Virus record (IMG/VR): IMGVR_UViG_3300027819_000037
Span: 1 to 35,577 of that record
DNA: 35,577 nucleotides
DNA from: a virus
Taxonomy: Duplodnaviria; Caudoviricetes
Reading direction: 5' to 3' (one strand)
Shown: positions 1 through 7,452 of the stretch, in pieces
Position numbering within the stretch: position 1 is the stretch's first letter
How the letters are laid out: the number at the start of each line of letters is the position of its first letter
Translations under genes and position numbers: made by a program
Notes under the pieces: model-generated
Seen by the model: the letters and a program-made list of their open reading frames with translations, nothing else
Told to the model about the DNA's origin: nothing
The model's database searches: none

Positions 1-15
1 CGAACTGGCCGAATA

Positions 16-186
16 ATGACCTCCCGCACCCTTTGGCACGCCCTCTACGCCCTAGAAGACCTCACCCGGCCCCTGTGCTACCCGCTGACCGCAATCGCAC
101 TCCTAGGGGCCGCTATCGCCTCCTGGGGTGCGGCGGCGTGGGTGTGGTTGCGGGTGGCTGAGATGGCGCGGGGGTGGGTGGGGTGA
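16..186 (+). CDS. Small hydrophobic hypothetical protein (56 aa)
   Basis: Translated by hand (MTSRTLWHALY...IALLGAAIASWGAAAWVWL); TAATG overlap at the start; ends 3 nt before the next ORF. Confidence 0.4.
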   Translation: MTSRTLWHALYALEDLTRPLCYPLTAIALLGAAIASWGAAAWVWLRVAEMARGWVG

Positions 187-189
187 GTC

Positions 190-375
190 ATGCTGAAAAA
201 CAGCAATACCACGCAACGCATGCACGTCATCCCTCGCAACGATTTACGGGATCACGAATCCTCAGCGTCTTGTTGGTGCCATCCTACCCAAAGTGAGCAA
301 GACCCTGAGTTGTTTCTTCATCACAGCATGGATGGGCGCGAGGAATACGAGCGAGGAGAAAGGAAGAAATCATGA
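190..375 (+). CDS. Small His/Cys phage hypothetical protein
   Basis: HVIPRNDLRDH..CWCHP..HHSMDGRE; ATGA overlap with the next ORF. Confidence 0.65.
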   Translation: MLKNSNTTQRMHVIPRNDLRDHESSASCWCHPTQSEQDPELFLHHSMDGREEYERGERKKS

Positions 376-587
376 GCCAAGGGCCAAAACAGAAAGCTGA
401 GTGGCTTGTGCTTTTGAGACGGGTCGCAACGTCCTTAGAATGCGAGGCAAGCATTTTATTTGCGAGTCATTTCCCCTATACAGAGAACGAGGAAGATTGC
501 GCGGCTAAGACTATAGTAGAAAACTACAGAAGCGATGCCGAAGCGCTCAGAGAATATATTAAGCGCCAGAAAGACGGAAGGGAATAA
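372..587 (+). CDS. Hypothetical protein
   Basis: ATGA/TAATG coupling on both sides. Confidence 0.55.
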   Translation: MSQGPKQKAEWLVLLRRVATSLECEASILFASHFPYTENEEDCAAKTIVENYRSDAEALREYIKRQKDGRE

Positions 588-1105
588 TGACGATCAACGG
601 GCATGCGCTGCAACGTGGTAATGAGCCGGTACCAGCTAGCACGTTCCAAGCGGCGAGAGAGACGGACTCAAGCGGTCGCAAGGCTGCTTCTGTGGACAGC
701 CTCTCGATTGCGGGTGGCGCCCCGCCAGCGCTAGCCCACCCCATTGTATGGGTGTGTGTTTATAGAAAAGGAAATGTCATGCATAAAACTTTTCGCTGTA
801 CGAAGTGTGGAACGCTGTGGCGGTTGCATCCACCTTCGCCATCAGTCCCGGATGGGGCGTGGTCGCTTGAGGATGCGGCCGGGAAGCCAGGCCCATGCTG
901 CGACAACAATCCGGATTTTCTTTCGGTAATCGTTTCGACGCTTGGTGAGAATGCACCAACAATACCGACCACTGTTACAACAAAAAGATATTGTCCTGCG
1001 TGTTTAAGTGAAAACGTTCAAAGAACTCACGCGGATGCCACATTTGCATTACCAGAAACTTGGTATTGGCAATGCGAATGTGGACATCAATTTGGTCACG
1101 AATAA
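587..1105 (+). CDS. Zn-ribbon hypothetical protein (start may be 779)
   Basis: CTKC, CC, CPAC and CECGH motifs; TAATG coupling to the next gene. Confidence 0.5.
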   Translation: MTINGHALQRGNEPVPASTFQAARETDSSGRKAASVDSLSIAGGAPPALAHPIVWVCVYRKGNVMHKTFRCTKCGTLWRLHPPSPSVPDGAWSLEDAAGKPGPCCDNNPDFLSVIVSTLGENAPTIPTTVTTKRYCPACLSENVQRTHADATFALPETWYWQCECGHQFGHE

Positions 1106-1758
1106 TGAAGATTCCACATGAACTAAAAGATTTTAGAATGGCATACGCAGAACATCCTGCGGCCACCGAGTTTCTCGTAGTTCATTGTGCCAGGATATGC
1201 GCTAAGAACTACAGGCACTATGTTGAGTCTGATTATGACAAAGGATGGTCCTACGCTGTAGACGCATGTGTTACCCGAATTCTGGAAGAATTCGACGGTA
1301 CGGATAGCATTTTTCGAAAACAGAAGGACACGCAGGACTCGGCGCGGGAAGGTACGCCGAGGACGGAAGCTGTGTCGCATGCTAATGATTGCGGTGCTTA
1401 CGACGCCGGTAGGGGCCACAATTGCGACTGTGACATTACTTCACGAATCCGTGATCATGCACGCCAACTCGAATCAGAACTCGCCACCGCCAACGCCGCC
1501 CTCGAAGCGGAGAGAGCGGCGAGGGAGGAAGCGGAACGTGACGGCTGGTGGTTCTCTTGGATTCCTCGCGACAAGAAATTGCCGAAGATCGGAAGTTGGG
1601 TGCTTGGGTGCGCGTCGGATAAAGAAACAGTCCGCTGCGTTTATTACTTTGCTGCGCAGGATTTTCGTGTTCTCAGCCCGTCACACAATGGCGGGTGGAA
1701 AACTGTCGATGTTGCCTGGTGGATGCCTATGCCTTCGTTCGGAGGGAAAAAGGTATGA
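1105..1758 (+). CDS. DUF551-like phage accessory protein
   Basis: C-terminal SWIPRDKKLP...VAWWMPMP pattern typical of DUF551; central TPRTEA...ARQLESEL coiled coil. Confidence 0.65.
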   Translation: MKIPHELKDFRMAYAEHPAATEFLVVHCARICAKNYRHYVESDYDKGWSYAVDACVTRILEEFDGTDSIFRKQKDTQDSAREGTPRTEAVSHANDCGAYDAGRGHNCDCDITSRIRDHARQLESELATANAALEAERAAREEAERDGWWFSWIPRDKKLPKIGSWVLGCASDKETVRCVYYFAAQDFRVLSPSHNGGWKTVDVAWWMPMPSFGGKKV

Positions 1759-1952
1759 ACGAAGAACATATCAAGCTTTGCGAGAAACACGGGATCACGC
1801 TATCCGAAATCGTGGCCAACGAAAGGGATAGCTACATCCGACTCGTGGAGCGGCTGAATATGGCCCTGGTGAAGTCAGAATTCGAAAGAACGACATTGGC
1901 ATTCAGGATACATGAACTTGAAGACGCCTTAGAACGTCAGGTGTGGATATGA
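1755..1952 (+). CDS. Hypothetical protein
   Basis: ATGA overlap at 1755; purine-rich RBS upstream. Confidence 0.5.
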   Translation: MNEEHIKLCEKHGITLSEIVANERDSYIRLVERLNMALVKSEFERTTLAFRIHELEDALERQVWI

Positions 1953-1953
1953 C

Positions 1954-2202
1954 TTGGCGCCAACTAGCAGCTCTGGCAGTAGTCGTGCCACTGTTCCTCT
2001 ACTTCATCGTCAGGTTCGTCACATGGGCCGCCAGCGTTCTCTAGATGATGAAGGTGCGCGGCTAGACGAGTTCGACAAGGACGAATGGATGCTCGTCTGC
2101 AAGAGGTTAAAGCCGGGTATCTCCGATTTGGACTACGAAAAGATGTGGGAAGAGTTTCAAGCTACGAAGGCAGAATATTTGCGCAACAAGGAATTGAATT
2201 GA
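1954..2202 (+). CDS. Hypothetical protein
   Basis: Fills the gap between coupled ORFs; start uncertain. Confidence 0.45.
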   Translation: MAPTSSSGSSRATVPLLHRQVRHMGRQRSLDDEGARLDEFDKDEWMLVCKRLKPGISDLDYEKMWEEFQATKAEYLRNKELN

Positions 2203-2675
2203 CACACTGGCCGCTATCCTCCCTAAAGAACCCCGCCATGCGCGCCCAAGCCGAGGCGCAGCTTCGCTCGCAGGGGACGGTGCGCGTCCACAAGTGCATC
2301 GAAGACCAGCCGCTATCCAGGATAGTCGAGGAGGTCAAGCGCCGGCCGAGCAAACTGGAGGCGACACTGGCGCAGCAGATCCGCGTCCTGAAACTGCCGG
2401 AGCCGAAGCTGAATTATCGGTTCTGCCTGCCGCGGTTGTACGAACTGGATTTCGCTTGGCCGGACCACGGAAAGATAGCCGTGGAAATTCAGGGAATGCA
2501 GCATCGGGTGAAGGCTAGATTCAAAAACGACATCCTGAAACGTCAAATTGCTCTTTTCGCTGGCTGGAAACTTCTCGAGGTCGGCGGCGACGAGATCAGG
2601 AGCGGGCAGGCGGTGAAGTGGCTGGAGGACTTGCTCAAGGTTCCACATGAAACATCTGAGAAAAACTGCAAATAG
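2199..2675 (+). CDS. PD-(D/E)xK (DUF559/Vsr-like) endonuclease
   Basis: YELDFAWPD..KIAVEIQG..H...DILK...A.FAGWKLL motif; sits just upstream of terS. Start is TTG 2199 or ATG 2238. Confidence 0.75.
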   Translation: MTHWPLSSLKNPAMRAQAEAQLRSQGTVRVHKCIEDQPLSRIVEEVKRRPSKLEATLAQQIRVLKLPEPKLNYRFCLPRLYELDFAWPDHGKIAVEIQGMQHRVKARFKNDILKRQIALFAGWKLLEVGGDEIRSGQAVKWLEDLLKVPHETSEKNCK

Positions 2676-2748
2676 TACAATCCGCTGAACGATGAACTGA
2701 GGAAAGGGGATTAGGATTCGGCCATAACTTCGACAAAAGGGCGAAGCT

Positions 2749-3267
2749 GTGGCGAAAGTTGGCCGACCGTCCAAGTTCGACGCGATCAAATGCGAACAGG
2801 CCGAAAAGCTCTGCAAACTTGGCGCAACGGACAAGGAACTCGCTGACTTCTTCAGCGTCGCGGAAGCGACGATCAACGAGTGGAAGCGCAATTTCCCTGA
2901 GTTTTCAGCGTCCTTAACGCGCGGCAAAGCCATCGCCGACGCGGAAGTGGCCTCGAAGCTCTATCACAGAGCGATCGGCTACGAACATCCCGAAGTCCAC
3001 GTCAGCAATTATCAGGGGGAGATCACGCTTACTCCCCTGACGAAGTTCTATCCGCCCGACACCACGGCCTGCATTTTCTGGCTGAAGAATCGCCGCAAGG
3101 ATGTGTGGCGCGACACGCATGCGGTGACCGGGCCCAACGGTGGCCCGCTTGAGATCAAAGACTCCGATGACATGGAAACCGCCCGCCGTGTCGCCTACCT
3201 CCTGACCGCGGCGACGATCCAGAAAGCCCAGGACGCGTCGCGCGAGGCCGACCATGCCCAAGGGTAG
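2749..3267 (+). CDS. terS: Terminase small subunit
   Basis: GRPSKF start, HTH (GATDKELADFFSVAEATINEWK), YPPDTTACIFWLKNRR..W signature. Confidence 0.85.
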   Translation: MAKVGRPSKFDAIKCEQAEKLCKLGATDKELADFFSVAEATINEWKRNFPEFSASLTRGKAIADAEVASKLYHRAIGYEHPEVHVSNYQGEITLTPLTKFYPPDTTACIFWLKNRRKDVWRDTHAVTGPNGGPLEIKDSDDMETARRVAYLLTAATIQKAQDASREADHAQG

Positions 3268-3427
3268 CGCCGCGGCTGACGTCGAGGCCAAACTCAAGCG
3301 CGAGTATCCGGGCAACGCGCACGCGGTATTCGGCACGCTCAACAAAGCCGGCCTCATGCACGGCAACAAGCCCACCGCCAAGGGCAGGAAACCGGCCCAC
3401 AAGCGCGTTCGGACTGCGCTGGACTAG
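3254..3427 (+). CDS. Small basic protein (57 aa; below the ORF-track cutoff)
   Basis: Translated by hand: MPKGSAAADVEAKLKREYPGNAHAVFGTLNKAGLMHGNKPTAKGRKPAHKRVRTALD; GAGG upstream; fills the terS-3432 gap. Confidence 0.75.
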   Translation: MPKGSAAADVEAKLKREYPGNAHAVFGTLNKAGLMHGNKPTAKGRKPAHKRVRTALD

Positions 3428-3431
3428 TGCT

Positions 3432-3788
3432 ATGGCCATGGTCGACCTGAAGCGCTCCAAGGCCGATATGAAGGCCGACAGGACCGCCTCGCCAGTCGAC
3501 GAGAATCCCTATCCCTACGGCCTGTGCCTCAGCATCGACACCGACGAGCTCGACAAGCTCGGCATCACCGAACTGCCCGAGGTTGGCGACGAGTTTCAGA
3601 TCCGCGCCGTCGGTAAGGTCACGCGTGTCTCGGCCTCGGCAAGCGAGGGCTCCGACGAACAGCGCGGCATCTCGTTTCAGATCATGAAAATGGAAATTGG
3701 GGGCGGGAACCAGGCGGCCGAAGAACCCGAGGCGAAGAAATCCGCCGGCGCGAAGTCCGCTCTCACAAACGCATATCGAGGAGCATGA
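3432..3788 (+). CDS. Probable capsid staple/cement-type protein
   Basis: MVDLK...PYPYGLCLSIDTDELDKLGI..LPEVG.EF.IRA.G.V pattern recalled from podovirus 'capsid staple' proteins; not verified by search. Confidence 0.55.
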   Translation: MAMVDLKRSKADMKADRTASPVDENPYPYGLCLSIDTDELDKLGITELPEVGDEFQIRAVGKVTRVSASASEGSDEQRGISFQIMKMEIGGGNQAAEEPEAKKSAGAKSALTNAYRGA

Positions 3789-3789
3789 C

Positions 3790-3972
3790 ATGGCGAAACC
3801 CGCTCTCGGATCAGGCAAGCGCTTTGCGGCAGTCGAGGCGAGCGCTGCAGCTTCAGGTGCCAAGAACCCCGCCGCCGTCGCAGCCGCCGCCGGCATGAAA
3901 GCGCACGGCAAGGCGAAGATGCAGAAGATGGCCCAGGCCGGTCGCAAGCGCATGCGCACGGCGATGGATTGA
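3790..3972 (+). CDS. Small Ala/Lys-rich basic protein (60 aa)
   Basis: GAGGAG RBS; LGSGKRFAAV...GAKNPAAVAAAAGMKAHGK..KMAQAGRKR. Confidence 0.75.
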   Translation: MAKPALGSGKRFAAVEASAAASGAKNPAAVAAAAGMKAHGKAKMQKMAQAGRKRMRTAMD

Positions 3973-3981
3973 GGAGCTGAC

Positions 3982-4320
3982 ATGGCCGTATCCGAAGCAA
4001 GTCCCCTGCGTTACCAGGATGTTCTGCGCACCTGTTCGAGCGACGGGATCGCCAACGTCCCCTTGAGTTCCGGTACGGCTCAGGCGATTGCCATTCCCGC
4101 TGGTGCTCGGGCCGCGAACTTCGCATTCAACGTCGACATCTGGGTGGCGTTCGGCACGACGCAGGCCGCGGCTTCGCCCAGCTCCTATAGTTCCGCGGGT
4201 TCGAGCGCCGCGTGCGTGTTCAACCCGACGCTGCGCTATTTCGCCTCGACCAACGGAACGACGGCGCTGTCGCTGTATTCGGACTACACCGGCAAGGGCT
4301 CGATCGAATTCTACCGATGA
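3982..4320 (+). CDS. Ser/Thr-rich small beta-type protein, probable virion decoration
   Basis: GAGGAG RBS; about 26 of 112 residues are S/T by hand count. Confidence 0.7.
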   Translation: MAVSEASPLRYQDVLRTCSSDGIANVPLSSGTAQAIAIPAGARAANFAFNVDIWVAFGTTQAAASPSSYSSAGSSAACVFNPTLRYFASTNGTTALSLYSDYTGKGSIEFYR

Positions 4321-5729
4321 CGCTCACGCTCGCACGCGATTCTGCCGGCAGGCGCCAGTACTCAGGCGGCGCTGGCCTGGGCAATGCCTCGCGCCGATTC
4401 AGCGGTTGCGCAGCGGTTGCCAATCGCCGGGCGCAACTGACGGCCTACCTGCGCATGATCGGCAATACCGCGGCCTGGTATCAGCCAGCGGTAGGTGTTA
4501 CCGGTACGCTGAACGCGTCGGCATGGGCCGATCAAAGTGGCAACGGGAATAGCCTGCTGCAGGCCTCCGGCGCGAATCAGCCGATCATCGTCCCTTGGGC
4601 GAACGTCAACCACCTCTGGCAGCACGGCATCCCGGGCAACTATGCGAGCGCGCCCGATAGTGTCCCGCTCGCTCTGAGTCAGAAGTTCGTGATTATCTGG
4701 GATGGCGCGCTTGACGATTGGACGCCGACCGGGGGGCAGAACCTGGTCGCCAAGTACACCACGGTCGGGAATCAACGCTCCTACGCCCTGGACGTTGCCG
4801 ACACGGGCAAGCTCGAACTGACCGTTAGCGCCGACGGCCAGAATGCGTCGTCGCTCGTATCCTCCGCGGCCCCCACTGTTTCGGACCGCGCGCGCCTTGC
4901 GGTGAGGGCGGATTACGACGGCTCGGTAGCGAACGCGACGTTCTACACCGCGACATCGGCCGCGGGCCCCTGGACGCAGTTGGGGACCGTTCCGACGGCT
5001 GCTGCGGCCACGCCGTTTCAATCCACCGCAGTGCTGGAGATCGGTTCATCGAGCCTCGGGACGGCGGGTGTCGCCACGGGAAAGACCTTCCGGGTCAAGA
5101 TCATCAACGGTACTTTCGCTGCGGGGACGCTCGTGTTCGATGCCGATTTCACCCAACTCGCCGAAGGCACTGCGTCCTTCACCGAATCAAGCGCCAATGC
5201 GGCGACGGTGACGGTGAACACGACCGGCGCCGTACCGGCAAGGGTGATCGGCTCGCCCAAGATCATCACTGACGCCGCCGCTTACTTCATGCAGGCGTCC
5301 TACACCGCGAATCAGCCGCGCACCTACTACATCGTCGGCATGGATCCGGCCTGGGCGGCAGGGCAGTACATCGCCGATGGCACGACTGCGAACAGGCTCG
5401 GACTATCCAAAACCACGGGAACGCCGAAGGTGAGCGTGAATGCGGGGAGCGCAGCCTGCGAAGACCCGAATTTGACGTTGCTCGCCAAGCACATCATCAC
5501 GGTTGTCCTGAATGGCGCTGGTTCCTCCATCACAATCGACAACGGCACGCCCACCACGGGTAATGCTGGAGCCGGGAATCCCGGAGGTCTCACGATCGGG
5601 GCGGACGGCGGGGGCCTGAATTTCGGCGGGTTCTGGTTCGACGAAATCATCGACCGCTCAGTGGCCGATACCGCAGCGACCCAAGCGGTGATTCGTTCCT
5701 TCCTGAAGCCGATCCACGGCACGCCATGA
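4317..5729 (+). CDS. LamG/concanavalin-A-like fibre or spike protein
   Basis: ATGA overlap; SAWADQSGNGN.L.Q....QP and LTIGADGGG...GF.FDEII motifs typical of phage LamG-like domains. Confidence 0.7.
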   Translation: MTLTLARDSAGRRQYSGGAGLGNASRRFSGCAAVANRRAQLTAYLRMIGNTAAWYQPAVGVTGTLNASAWADQSGNGNSLLQASGANQPIIVPWANVNHLWQHGIPGNYASAPDSVPLALSQKFVIIWDGALDDWTPTGGQNLVAKYTTVGNQRSYALDVADTGKLELTVSADGQNASSLVSSAAPTVSDRARLAVRADYDGSVANATFYTATSAAGPWTQLGTVPTAAAATPFQSTAVLEIGSSSLGTAGVATGKTFRVKIINGTFAAGTLVFDADFTQLAEGTASFTESSANAATVTVNTTGAVPARVIGSPKIITDAAAYFMQASYTANQPRTYYIVGMDPAWAAGQYIADGTTANRLGLSKTTGTPKVSVNAGSAACEDPNLTLLAKHIITVVLNGAGSSITIDNGTPTTGNAGAGNPGGLTIGADGGGLNFGGFWFDEIIDRSVADTAATQAVIRSFLKPIHGTP

Positions 5730-5944
5730 GGCTCGCATTTCTCACACAGTCAGACGCGCAGGCCCGCAGCGCCGAACTGTACGCAGCGATGGCAGGCAGG
5801 CTCGAACCCAACACCGTTCGCTGGGCCGTTCCGTCCCAAGACGCCGACGGCAAGTGGTACGTCCCGGTGGATGCGCGTTGCAAGGACGTATTGAGCGATG
5901 CCGAATGCGCTGTATTTCCCGAATGGCAACCGATTGCACGATGA
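5726..5944 (+). CDS. Small hypothetical protein (possible fibre chaperone)
   Basis: ATGA-coupled to the LamG gene; TVRWAVP...DGKWYVP. Confidence 0.65.
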   Translation: MRLAFLTQSDAQARSAELYAAMAGRLEPNTVRWAVPSQDADGKWYVPVDARCKDVLSDAECAVFPEWQPIAR

Positions 5945-6031
5945 AACCCGAGGAGAGCGCCGCATGACGACTCATGCACTCCGCAGCACACAGCAATCCC
6001 GTCCCAGTGGCGGGGCATAAAGGAGACTCGC

Positions 6032-6547
6032 ATGGCACGTACCAACACGCTCCAGGGTCTGCGCGACCAGATCATCCATTCGCTGCACGGTCGTCAACTG
6101 GGCCTGACCGACGGCGGCTCTACCTTCAACAACACGCCGCACTTTCTGGCCGGCCCGGCCGGATTCCGCCAGCCGATTCAGGCGGTCACGACCGCAACCA
6201 CCGGCGACAACTGTCAATCCTACGGCGTGGTCACGCTCGCCTGCACGACGACCTCGGCCTCGACCATGGCCGGGATGCAGCCGCCGATTCCCGGCGTTCC
6301 GGTGAAGGTGGTGAACATCTCCACCGGGATCATCAGCCTGTTTCTCAACAATTCCACAATCACCACCGGCGTGGTTGGTTACAGCCAGTGGAACGCCGCC
6401 GCGGGGGCGACTGGGCTTTCGACCTGCACGGTCATCAAACTGTCCGTGGCGGGAGCATCGGTGAGCTTGATGGGCCTGTCGACCTCGACCTGGCTCGTCG
6501 AAGCGCAGGGTTCCAGCCTGACCACCTACGGGAGCTCGTTCGCGTGA
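6032..6547 (+). CDS. Ser/Thr-rich protein, probable virion decoration
   Basis: AAAGGAG RBS; about 44 of 171 residues are S/T; stop overlaps the start of the next gene (GTGA). Confidence 0.8.
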   Translation: MARTNTLQGLRDQIIHSLHGRQLGLTDGGSTFNNTPHFLAGPAGFRQPIQAVTTATTGDNCQSYGVVTLACTTTSASTMAGMQPPIPGVPVKVVNISTGIISLFLNNSTITTGVVGYSQWNAAAGATGLSTCTVIKLSVAGASVSLMGLSTSTWLVEAQGSSLTTYGSSFA

Positions 6548-7452
6548 AGAGACTCGGACCGCAAGGTTTCGACAAGATCGCCATCCTCGGGTCGGCGCCC
6601 AGCTCCACGCTGCTCGCGCCGTTCGACGATCCCGATTGGGCGATCTGGTGCACCAGCCCCTCGGTGTTCGCTACCTGTGGGGCGAAGCGCAGCGATGTCT
6701 GGTTCGAGTTGCACCGCTGGCTCCCGTACAAGCCCGCCCAGTTGGGTGCACCCGGCACGCGGCCGTGGTTCAGTCCGGAGTTTCACGCCTTCCTGAAGGC
6801 GTACCAGGGCACGGTGTTCATGACCGAGCAGCAGCCGGACATCCCGAACTGCACGCCGTTTCCGTACAAGGATCTGCTGGACAAGTACGGACCCTATTTC
6901 TTTTCCTCGTCCGTCTCCTGGATGCTCGCGCTCGCCATCGAGCAGGCACCGAAGGCCATCGGTTTGTTCGGTATCGACATGGCCGCGGGCGAGGAGTGGG
7001 GCTACCAGCGCCCGGCCTGCCAGCATTTCGTCGGCCTGGCGAAGGCCATGGGGATCGACGTGGTGTTGCCGCCCGAGTCCGATCTCATGCGGCATTCGAC
7101 CCTCTACGGCATCGGCGAGCACAACCAGCGCCACGTCAAGCTGCGCGAGCGGCTGAACGAACTAGAGGCGAACAAGCAAGTCGTGATGAACCGCATTCAG
7201 CAGGACACCGCGGGACTGCACGAGCTGAACGGCGCTATCAATCAGATCAAGTACATCCTCGAACTGTGGAGCGACGACATTGAAGGCGATCTTACCCAAG
7301 CCATGTCGTTTTCTGGCGTGTTCGTCAAACCTATTGCGACGCCGGAAGCGGTTCGGCTCACACCAGAGGTTCCGGCAGCCGCACCGAAACGCGCCCGCAA
7401 GTCCAAAGGCAACGGCAGTCTCTCGCTAGCAGGCGCACCCGATGCTGGATGA
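6544..7452 (+). CDS. Putative CMP-nonulosonate (sialyltransferase CstII/Maf-like) glycosyltransferase
   Basis: GTG start overlaps the upstream stop; KIAILGSAPSS and SSSVSWMLALAIEQAPKAIGLFGIDM match the IIAGNGPS and TSG.YM...A...GYKEIYL.GIDF motifs of the CstII/Maf fold; C-terminal coiled coil. Confidence 0.65.
   Translation: MKRLGPQGFDKIAILGSAPSSTLLAPFDDPDWAIWCTSPSVFATCGAKRSDVWFELHRWLPYKPAQLGAPGTRPWFSPEFHAFLKAYQGTVFMTEQQPDIPNCTPFPYKDLLDKYGPYFFSSSVSWMLALAIEQAPKAIGLFGIDMAAGEEWGYQRPACQHFVGLAKAMGIDVVLPPESDLMRHSTLYGIGEHNQRHVKLRERLNELEANKQVVMNRIQQDTAGLHELNGAINQIKYILELWSDDIEGDLTQAMSFSGVFVKPIATPEAVRLTPEVPAAAPKRARKSKGNGSLSLAGAPDAG

Noticed and set aside
2660-2748. Sigma70 promoter before terS (TACAAT at 2676)
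   Set aside because: No convincing -35 at the proper spacing; too weak to call.
5974-6543. N-terminal 190 aa of the 492 aa ORF 5974-7452
   Set aside because: Overlaps the RBS-supported gene 6032-6547 in another frame; GTG 6544 is the better start.
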